A stretch of 55,222 nucleotides of DNA from an uncultured Dehalococcoidia bacterium (lineage in GTDB: Bacteria; Chloroflexota; Dehalococcoidia; Lucifugimonadales; CAZGRI01), in contig CAZGRI010000001.1 in NCBI GenBank assembly GCA_964528205.1, positions 1 through 55,222 on the forward strand, given 5' to 3'. Positions 1 through 6,949 of the stretch are shown piece by piece. A program made the position numbers and the translations under genes. Position 1 is the first letter of the stretch, and every line of letters begins with the position of its first letter. Under the pieces are notes generated by a model that did no database searches, was not told the DNA's origin, and saw only the letters and a list, made by a program, of their open reading frames with translations.

Positions 1-746
1 TCGTACATGTCGATCTCCAGCCACAGCAGGTCGAACTGCTCCAGGACCTTGGCGATGCGCATGGCCGACTCGGGTTTGAAGTTGAAGTTCAGGTCTAGGT
101 TGATGTCGACGTCGGGGCCGACCGCGTCCCGGAAAGTGCCGATGAGGGTCTCGATGTGCCGCAGGAGCTGCTTGCTGACAACCTGGTCCGTGGTCCCCGT
201 GCCGCCGCCGAAGCCACCGAACCAGACCGTCGCCGGGTCGCCGGGCATCACGATGTTGGTCTTGAGGGCGGTGAAGCCGCGGTTGACGACCTCGCGGCCC
301 AGATTGGCGATGTCGTCCATGGACCTGAGGGGCGGCGTGCCCAGGATGTCGGGATGCCGCGCCCTTGTGGTCCCACAATGGGACCAGTAGACCCGGACCT
401 TGTCTCTGGTGGGGCCGCCGAACAGCTCGACCACGGATATTCCAAGCGCCTTGGCCTTGATGTCGATGAGGGCGCAGTCGATGCCGGCGATGGCCTTGGC
501 GGCGATGCCGCCGGGGCTCTGACGTGTGCCCCGTATCATGTCCCAGAATCGCATTTCGAACGCCCGTGGGTCCTGGCCGATGAGCAGCGGCTTCAGGTCC
601 TCGATGGTGCCGACGACCCCGTTGGGCGACCTGCCGTCGCTGCAGTCGCCGTATCCCGTCACGCCCTCGTCGGTCGTGATCTTGACGAAGGTCCATGGGC
701 GCCAGCCCGCGTCGACAACAAACGTCTCGATCCCGCTGATCTTCAT
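1..746 (-). CDS. Enolase-superfamily enzyme (mandelate racemase/muconate lactonizing enzyme family, sugar-acid dehydratase-like). N-terminal ~248 codons only; the C-terminus runs off the left edge.
   Basis: Absent from the ORF track because no stop lies in the window. My reverse-strand translation from ATG 746..744 reads MKISGIETFVVDAGWRPWTFVKITTDEGVTGYGDCS...AAKAIAGIDCALIDIKAKALGISVVELFGG...DINLDLNFNFKPESAMRIAKVLEQFDLLWLEIDMY. This is a typical MR/MLE capping domain plus the start of the barrel. AAGGAG lies about 8 nt upstream of the ATG. Confidence 0.8.
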   Translation of the reverse strand, partial: MKISGIETFVVDAGWRPWTFVKITTDEGVTGYGDCSDGRSPNGVVGTIEDLKPLLIGQDPRAFEMRFWDMIRGTRQSPGGIAAKAIAGIDCALIDIKAKALGISVVELFGGPTRDKVRVYWSHCGTTRARHPDILGTPPLRSMDDIANLGREVVNRGFTALKTNIVMPGDPATVWFGGFGGGTGTTDQVVSKQLLRHIETLIGTFRDAVGPDVDINLDLNFNFKPESAMRIAKVLEQFDLLWLEIDMY

Positions 747-844
747 CGTTAGGCTCCTTTACGGAATGGCTTGGCTCCCAATGGTCTCCTTCAACGACGC
801 ACACGGAATATATCACAGCGGGAGCAGGATCGGCTAAGGCCAGG

Positions 845-874
845 TTGACGGGCGTCGCAGTACCCCATTAGGAT
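845..874 (+). promoter_or_regulatory. Candidate sigma70-type promoter for the amidase gene
   Basis: TTGACG (845-850), an 18-nt spacer, then TAGGAT (869-874). This would give a short leader carrying GAAGGGGG ahead of ATG 906. The call rests on the motif match only. Confidence 0.3.
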
Positions 875-905
875 GGCGCTGATCTCGAACGAAGGGGGTC
901 GGACG

Positions 906-2327
906 ATGGATGAGGACCTGGCGTTTGCGCCGGCCTTGACTCTCAGGGAGAAGGTCGCGGCGAAGGAGGTGTCGCCCGTCGAGCTGACAGCGCTTTTCTT
1001 TCAGCGCATCGAGCGGCTGGACGGCCGGCTGCACTCGTACCTGACGCTGGTCCACGACGCGGCGCTGGCCGCGGCCAGCGCCGCGGAGCAGGTGGTGATG
1101 CGCGGTGAGTCGCTCGGTCCCCTGCACGGTGTGCCCATCTCGTTGAAGGACATGCAGATGACCAAGGGCATCCGCACAACCCAGGGGTGCGCCGTTTACG
1201 GAGACAGGATTCCGACGGCCGATTCGGCCGTGGCCGAGCGGGTGCGCCGGTCCGGGGCGATCGTTCTGGGCAAGACGAACACACCCGAGTTCGGGATGCT
1301 GGGCGCGACGGAGAACCGGCTGGGAGACGAATGCCGCAACCCCTGGAACGCGGAGCGCACCTCGGGCGGCTCCAGCGGCGGTGCGGCTTCCGCGCTGGCC
1401 GCCGGGCTCTGCCCGCTGGCCACGGGCGGCGACGGGGGTGGATCGATACGCATCCCGGCCAGCTTCTGCGGTGTCTACGGCATCAAGCCCACCCAGGGAC
1501 GGGTGTCCAGCTACACGGGCGTACCGGCGTCGGCCACGAACCTGACGAGCCAGCAGGGGCCCATGTCACGCACCGTGCGGGACTCGGCGCTGCTGCTCCA
1601 GGTCCTGGCGGGCCACGACGCACGGGACCCGGGCTCCCTGAGGGATGCGCCCGATGACTATCTGGCCGCCGCCGACAGGGGCGTTTCGGGACTCCGCGTC
1701 GCGTGGAGCCCCGACTTCGGATATGCGTCGGTCGACCCCGAGGTGGCGGAGGTCGCGGCCGGCGCCGTCGCGGTTTTCGAGGAGCTGGGCTGCTCGGTCG
1801 AGGAGTCGGACCTTGCCTTCGAATCGCCCCTGGACACCTGGTGGACGATATTCTGTACGAGCGGCTACGCGAGCTACGGGCACTTACTGGACGGGCACGC
1901 GGACGAGCTGACATGGTACGGGCGGATGTGCATCGAGGCCGGGCGGGATGTCACGGGCGTCGAATATGCGAGGGCACTGGGCCAGAGAGACGTGATGCGG
2001 GCCCAGATAGCCGACGTGTTCGACAAGGCCGACCTTCTGGTCTCGCCGACCATGCCCGTGCCGGCCTTTCCCGTCCAGCAATACCCGGAGAGTATCGGCG
2101 GCAAGAAGGCGTCGCCCAGCCCGGCCTGGGGCTTCATACCGTTCACACACCCGATAAACACGGTCGGCTACACCGCCGCCAGCGTGCCCTGCGGCTTCTC
2201 GTCGGATGGCATGCCCATCGGGCTGCAGATCGTGGGCCGCGAGGGCGACGAGTCCACGGTCATTGCTGCCTCGGCCGCCTTCGAGTCCGCCCGCCCCTGG
2301 GCCGACACGAAGCCGCCGGTGTCTTAG
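906..2327 (+). CDS. Amidase (amidase-signature family, GatA-like)
   Basis: ORF 873..2327. Amidase signature GGSSGGAASALAAG and LGKTNTPEFG. I chose the internal ATG 906 (MDEDLAF) because GAAGGGGG lies about 8 nt upstream; 873 remains possible. Confidence 0.9.
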   Translation: MDEDLAFAPALTLREKVAAKEVSPVELTALFFQRIERLDGRLHSYLTLVHDAALAAASAAEQVVMRGESLGPLHGVPISLKDMQMTKGIRTTQGCAVYGDRIPTADSAVAERVRRSGAIVLGKTNTPEFGMLGATENRLGDECRNPWNAERTSGGSSGGAASALAAGLCPLATGGDGGGSIRIPASFCGVYGIKPTQGRVSSYTGVPASATNLTSQQGPMSRTVRDSALLLQVLAGHDARDPGSLRDAPDDYLAAADRGVSGLRVAWSPDFGYASVDPEVAEVAAGAVAVFEELGCSVEESDLAFESPLDTWWTIFCTSGYASYGHLLDGHADELTWYGRMCIEAGRDVTGVEYARALGQRDVMRAQIADVFDKADLLVSPTMPVPAFPVQQYPESIGGKKASPSPAWGFIPFTHPINTVGYTAASVPCGFSSDGMPIGLQIVGREGDESTVIAASAAFESARPWADTKPPVS

Positions 2328-2336
2328 GTCTTCTTC

Positions 2337-3182
2337 ATGTTCTGTCCAAGCTGTGGCCACGAGAACGTTGAGGAAGCCCGCTTTTGTAGTTCATGCGGCT
2401 CCCCTTTGGTAGCTGCGCCGGAGTCATCTGAGGCGCGCCCATTTCGAGCACCCGGTTTGGAATCGGGCACCCTCCCACCAAGAGATCTGGGTGGGTTGAT
2501 AAGTGAGACATTTGCAGTGTATGGAAGGAGTTTCTGGCCGTTCGTATCGATCGCTGTCGTGCCCGAGATCGTCTTTATCGTTGCCGGGTTAGCTCCGATA
2601 TTTGCTGCTACGATACTATTCCTTGTGGGCATTCTCCTCTCTATCCTCGCCGCTGGCGCGGGAATCTATGCAGTAGCGCAGCATTATGTTGGTCCAGGTA
2701 TCGACGTCGGTAGGTGCTTTAGCGAGGCCTGGCAAAGGGCTTTCAATCTGGTCGTCGCCGCAATAGTTGTCTTTCTCGCTATCGTTGGCTCCGTGATCCT
2801 CATGGTCATTATCGTTGGGATTCCCCTGTTCTTCTATCTCTTTGTGATTTGGTTTTTCGTTTTCCACGTCATTATGCTCGAAAACCGGTATTCCTTGGCT
2901 GCACTTGGACGCAGTCGTCAGCTAGTGCGAGGAAGTTGGTGGCGTGTCTTCGGTATCGGGATCATCTTCGTGCTCTTGATGCTCGTATTAACTATAGTCT
3001 TGTCCATACCGGCAACCATCCTCGCATCTACCAACGCGGCCGCAGGTAACGTCGCTACAGCTGTAATTGGTACCTTGATGTCTCCCATAGCTTACATAGG
3101 CGGGACACTGGTCTATTTCGATCTGCGGGTTAGAAAAGAAGGTTACACCTTGGAGCTACTGGCTTCGGAAATGGGGCGCTGA
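2337..3182 (+). CDS. Zinc-ribbon domain-containing polytopic membrane protein (function unknown)
   Basis: The N-terminus MFCPSCGHENVEEARFCSSCGSPL has two CxxC pairs. It is followed by about 6 hydrophobic helices and a C-terminal YFDLRVRKEGYTLELLA motif. The gene is visibly AT-richer than its neighbours. It starts 9 nt after the amidase stop, and I see no obvious SD motif. Confidence 0.75.
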   Translation: MFCPSCGHENVEEARFCSSCGSPLVAAPESSEARPFRAPGLESGTLPPRDLGGLISETFAVYGRSFWPFVSIAVVPEIVFIVAGLAPIFAATILFLVGILLSILAAGAGIYAVAQHYVGPGIDVGRCFSEAWQRAFNLVVAAIVVFLAIVGSVILMVIIVGIPLFFYLFVIWFFVFHVIMLENRYSLAALGRSRQLVRGSWWRVFGIGIIFVLLMLVLTIVLSIPATILASTNAAAGNVATAVIGTLMSPIAYIGGTLVYFDLRVRKEGYTLELLASEMGR

Positions 3183-3240
3183 CACCTGTCAGGCTATTCC
3201 TGAGGGCGGGTGACCAGAGACATTGGGTGTAGTCGCACAC

Positions 3241-3621
3241 AACACTGGCCGCTGCGACTATGCGAAGTCCCTGGGCCGGATGGATGTGATGCGGGCCCAG
3301 ATGGCGGACGTACTCGTGAAAGTTGACCTTCTGGTCTCGCAGGCCATGCCAATACCGGCATTTCCTGTCCAGGGGTGCCCGGAGAGCATCGGCGGCCGCA
3401 AGGCGACACCCAGCCCCGCCTGGGGATTCATACAGTTCACACACCCGATAAACACGGTCGGCTACACCGCCGCCAGCGTGCCCTGCGGCTTCTCGTCGGA
3501 TGGCATGCCCATCGGGCTGCAGATCGTGGGCCGCGAGGGCGACGAGTCCACGGTCATCGCCGCGTCGGCCGCCTTCGAGTCCACCTGGCCCTGGGCCGAC
3601 GCCCGACCGCCGGTGTCGTGA
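3241..3621 (+). pseudogene. Amidase 3' fragment (C-terminal ~125 codons only), paralogous to 1955..2327
   Basis: ORF 3223..3621 translates to ...DYAKSLGRMDVMRAQMADVL...FTHPINTVGYTAASVPCGFSSDGMPIGLQIVGREGDESTVIAASAAFES.... This aligns colinearly with the last ~125 aa of the amidase. About 118 nt are identical (2146-2263 vs 3436-3553). No catalytic N-terminal two-thirds is present. Confidence 0.85.
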
Positions 3622-3640
3622 TCCATATCGGCCTCTAGAC

Positions 3641-3754
3641 CCGGCGAAGCCAGAAGATACCGGCGGCGTGCTGGCGGTCTACCTGGCCAGTCCGGCGTCC
3701 GACTACATGACCGGCCAGATCGTCTACATGGATGGGGGTCTGAAAGCGAAGTAG
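3641..3754 (+). pseudogene. Short-chain dehydrogenase (SDR) C-terminal remnant
   Basis: Frame-2 translation PAKPEDTGGVLAVYLASPASDYMTGQIVYMDGGLKAK* is the canonical SDR C-terminus (PEDia..v.fLaSd.asyvTGq...vDGG). No Rossmann or catalytic part lies upstream. Confidence 0.7.
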
Positions 3755-3848
3755 ACCGTCCAGCCGGACCCCCGGCGGGATTGACCCCGATCAGATAGTG
3801 AACTCGACCCACTCATGCAGACCGATGGGGGCTCCACGGCGTTGTCGA

Positions 3849-4145
3849 CTAACGTTGCCGTATCAGCCACCGGATCGGGAGCACGATCAGTATGCCGATC
3901 GCGCCCGCCACGCCGAGAACGGCGGGGACTATCAAGAAGGACACACCACCCAGTGCGCTCAAGATCAATACGGCGATGCCGATGACCAGGCCCACTTTCT
4001 GTAGACGCGTGAACGGCTTGGCTTCCCCGACAATCGGCGCTCGGTCCACTACCGCTTCGTCGAGCGGCGGCGCTCGCTCCACTACTGCTTCCTCGTAAAC
4101 CGGGGCACGCTCTACAGGTCTTTCCGCGACAGAAGCGTCTCTCAT
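3849..4145 (-). CDS. Small membrane-anchored hypothetical protein with an ERAP-type repeat
   Basis: ORF 3849..4214. The internal ATG 4145 is preceded by GAAGGAGG with about 8 nt spacing. The N-terminus carries three related units (VERAPVYEEAV / VERAPPLDEAV / VDRAPIVGEA). The C-terminal half has two hydrophobic helices. Confidence 0.55.
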   Translation of the reverse strand: MRDASVAERPVERAPVYEEAVVERAPPLDEAVVDRAPIVGEAKPFTRLQKVGLVIGIAVLILSALGGVSFLIVPAVLGVAGAIGILIVLPIRWLIRQR

Positions 4146-4717
4146 CGTACCGGCCTCCTTCCCTAGTCCCCTAGCGTAGGGCGACCCAGGAGGTGGGCGC
4201 CATCGGTCGAACACCCGATCTTCCGGCCTGCGGACACCCTAGATTCGCCGGCACGACGCCCTGGGACCGTCTGAGGTGTCCCGTTCCGTTGAAGTGACAT
4301 GCTCGCGGGTCTAGCAAGCAGGCCGTTGAGCGCTCGCCCGACCGAAGCCCCCGTCGACGTGGCCTGTCCCCCAGAGCGAAACGAACCAGTCGTGCTATAG
4401 ATTCCGGCCGTCGGACGATGGATGACTGGAATGAGAGGGGCCTACCTAGCTCATATCAGAGCTATCTGGCTAGGCCGTTCTGTGGCCGATGGTTCTCTTC
4501 CGAGGACAGAGGGACCGCGCGACTCTCAGGAAGGTGACGAACCCGGATATCACTTCCGAACGGGCGTGGGACGGTCCTGTCCACCCCGGTGGATTGGGCG
4601 TTGCGCCCGGGTCACGTATAGCCAGGAGAGCAACGGCGGTCGCAAGTCTGGTGAGCTCCGTAGGGACGGGCCGAATCCTCGGAGAGCTAGTCAAAGGGTG
4701 AGGGTGCGAACCCCACG

Positions 4718-5098
4718 TTACGGCTCCAGCTGCTCGGTGGTGCTGTCGGCGGACTGGAGCGAGATGTGGGTGAAGCCGGAGCCGGCCGTGGCCCCGTGCC
4801 AGTGCTTCTCGCCCTTAGGGATGAGGACTGTGTCCCCCTCGCCGACCTCGACCTGTTCCGCGTCGGTTGTCACCAGCCCCTTGCCGCTCGTTATGTAAAG
4901 AACCTGGTCGCTGGTGTGGGCGTGGAACTTGTTCCTGGCGCCGGCCGCGAAGCTCACCAGGCCGAAGTTGAAGTAGTCGCTGACCTCGCGGCCCACCAGC
5001 GGCCGCCGGGTGACCCTTCCGCCCACGAACAGCGGGGCGTTGGTCGCGTCTTCGCTGGGACCCGTGCCGTTCTTGATGACTTTCACTATCTGCCTCAC
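4718..5098 (-). CDS. Cupin domain protein
   Basis: Cupin motifs FHAHTSDQVLYITSGKG...GDTVLIPKGEKHWHGA. The maximal ORF reaches 5194, but its N-terminal part is Arg-rich junk. GTG 5098 has AAGGA about 7 nt upstream. Confidence 0.75.
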   Translation of the reverse strand: MRQIVKVIKNGTGPSEDATNAPLFVGGRVTRRPLVGREVSDYFNFGLVSFAAGARNKFHAHTSDQVLYITSGKGLVTTDAEQVEVGEGDTVLIPKGEKHWHGATAGSGFTHISLQSADSTTEQLEP

Positions 5099-5289
5099 TC
5101 GGATCCTTGGGTTTCGGGGCTTCCACCGGGGTATGTTCCCGACGTCGCCATGAATGATTCGACGTCGCCGTTGATGATACCATGCCCAGCGCATCCGAGG
5201 GACTTACGTCGCAGGGAGGATATTAGGCCATGAACCAGTACTCCGGATTGAATGTCGGTCTCGGCGCATTACCGCTGCTGACCGATGCC

Positions 5290-5687
5290 AGGACGCGATC
5301 GGATGGTTTGGTGAGGGAGAGATCAAGTTCTTTATGGACGGGGACCAGCGGTTCCCCACCATTGGCGGCACGGGAACAGAGGACTACTTTGGCGCCAGCT
5401 ACCGATTCCCAGAGGTCTGCAGCACAGCCTATTTGGGCAGCACGCTCAATCATCCAGGAACTGACGGCCCGCCCAAGTGGAGCCTCTACCGGTGGCACAT
5501 TCTCGATCCGATCCGGTTCCAGGAAGATCTGCGCGTCACCATCCAGGCTCTGGGATGGTGGCCCGGCCCGAATCGGAAATTCCAGCCCCTGGCGGATGAC
5601 ATCGCGTCCGTGGCCTACTGGTATCAGACGGAGCCACACATGGAGTTTCCGGATTTGCCGCCGTTTGAAGAACGGTACCCGAGATAG
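5290..5687 (+). pseudogene. DUF2961-family (glycoside-hydrolase-like) C-terminal fragment
   Basis: IGWFGEGEIKFFMDGDQRFPTIGGTGTEDYFGASY...YRWHILDPIRFQEDLRVTIQALG matches only the C-terminal third of DUF2961 proteins. Similarity continues upstream of the annotated ATG 5334 and then stops abruptly. The N-terminal ~250 aa are missing. Confidence 0.6.
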
Positions 5688-5721
5688 TAGAGTCCAGGAG
5701 AGCGCTTGGCGGCTGAGCCGG

Positions 5722-6240
5722 CTAGCCGGCCAGGGGCTGCACCAGGCACTCGCGGCAGACCGACTCGGGTATCAGCCCCCACCGCATCAGATGGCTGAAG
5801 ACGAAGCAGCCCGCGCAGAACCCGAAGACCGACTCCATCGTCGCGAACAGGGCCAGCACGCCGATCAGGCTCTTGGCCGTTGCCTCGGAGCCCGACGTAT
5901 AGAACACCAGAAGGGCTGTGACGGAGAAAACCAGGCCGATGGACTGGGCAAACCGCTTGGGCGGCCCCGGGACGGGACGGCTGGGATTGCCCGCCATGGG
6001 CACCAGCACCCGCGTCGCCAGCAAGCCCATCGGGCTCAGGGTCGGCCCCGTAGCCACCCGCGCCAGGAAGCCGTAGGCCAGCACGAACAGAAGCCATGAC
6101 TGGTCGGTCAGGATAATCGCTAGTGAAAGCGCGACGACCATGCCGGCCACCAGCCTGGCCGATATCTCGTTCACGGGGTTGGGAAAGCTGAACAGGTTTC
6201 TCAGCAGACCTTGTTCTTCGGTCTCGTTGGTCAGTCCCAT
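5722..6240 (-). CDS. DUF4395 family membrane protein
   Basis: Four hydrophobic segments and the family-typical C-terminus FGFCAGCFVFSHLMRWGLIPESVCRECL. ATG 6240 is preferred over TTG 6255. Confidence 0.7.
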   Translation of the reverse strand: MGLTNETEEQGLLRNLFSFPNPVNEISARLVAGMVVALSLAIILTDQSWLLFVLAYGFLARVATGPTLSPMGLLATRVLVPMAGNPSRPVPGPPKRFAQSIGLVFSVTALLVFYTSGSEATAKSLIGVLALFATMESVFGFCAGCFVFSHLMRWGLIPESVCRECLVQPLAG

Positions 6241-6405
6241 GGTACCGTCTCTCAAGTAGGATTCTAGTTTGGCGGATTAAAGAACAACCGAATCTTTGCC
6301 AGATCCGCGATTCATGGTCCGACAGGCTTACCATGAGCGGGAAAGATCCCCACCCGTTCACCCTGAGCTTGTCAATATCTGTTGCTGAAGTAATGTCCCT
6401 CTCGG

Positions 6406-6440
6406 ACAAAACAAAACCCTCGTCCGAAATGGCGAGGGCG
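6406..6440 (-). terminator. Rho-independent terminator (minus strand)
   Basis: On the minus strand: CCCTCGCC-ATTTC-GGACGAGGG (an 8-bp stem with a 1-nt bulge: CCCTCG/CGAGGG plus CC/GG) followed by TTTTGTTTTGT. Confidence 0.6.
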
Positions 6441-6668
6441 CCTCTCTACAACAGCGGGCCGGACGGGAATCAGTTGAACGCTAGAGGTAGATGCACCCCC
6501 TATCGGTTAGGCCTATACACGCGCAGGTCATCGTTCGGTCCATTGCCGTTCAAGTATAGCGTCGCGTCCGGCGGGAAGTCAAAAGGCCGGTCTCCGGGCC
6601 AAGCCCGTCGACCCCGCGGAACGGGCACCGTACACCATCAACATAAAAGGAACGTCCTCGCTCACTCT

Positions 6669-6695
6669 CTGGATTCTGGCTTCTGTCGGAATGAT
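6669..6695. repeat. REP-like GC hairpin repeat unit (degenerate copy)
   Basis: ctggattctggcttctgtcggaatgat, related to the units at 28612, 42579 and (inverted) 6830 and 42541. Confidence 0.6.
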
Positions 6696-6829
6696 GGAAA
6701 GGCATGGGGATGGTGGACAAGCCCGGGAGGGATACCACGCCACTTTGGCCGGGCTGCACCACGACCTCCATTCGGAGAACGCAAGCACACATGTCAGATG
6801 ACAAGTTGACCGCACGTCCCCCAGCGCCC

Positions 6830-6856
6830 GTCTTTCCGGCGAAAGCCGGAATCCAG
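6830..6856. repeat. REP-like GC hairpin repeat unit
   Basis: gtctttccggcgaaagccggaatccag. The internal stem is ccggc/gccgg around a GAAA loop. Confidence 0.7.
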
Positions 6857-6949
6857 GTAGACGGTCCCTCACACAGGCCTGGAGTCTTGACTCATGAACT
6901 AATACTCCGGGATCACGACTCTAGAGGCAAAACCCTCACGGGGAAAGCC

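Noticed and set aside
4440-4717. RNase P RNA, cobalamin or TPP riboswitch, or tmRNA. The idea was prompted by strings such as agccaggagagc and aagggtgagggtgcg.
   Set aside because: The key conserved blocks are absent on both strands: GAGGAAAGTCCGGGC for RNase P, the full B12 box with the GCCACTG core, CTGAGA...ACCTGATCTGGATAATGCCAGCG for TPP, and the tRNA-like GGTTCGA..CCA end for tmRNA. An RNase P assignment would have to run into the well-supported cupin CDS.
6366-6400. TTGACA hexamer upstream of the DUF4395 gene (minus strand), considered as a promoter
   Set aside because: No acceptable -10 hexamer lies at 16-19 nt spacing. The nearest TA-containing hexamer is more than 30 nt away.
6440-6560. 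Possible tmRNA tag-like reading frame near ggcaatggaccgaacgatgacctgcgcgtgtataggcctaa (minus strand)
   Set aside because: The translated peptide does not end in the hydrophobic ALAA-type tail. No GGGG 5' end or T-arm/ACCA 3' end flanks it.
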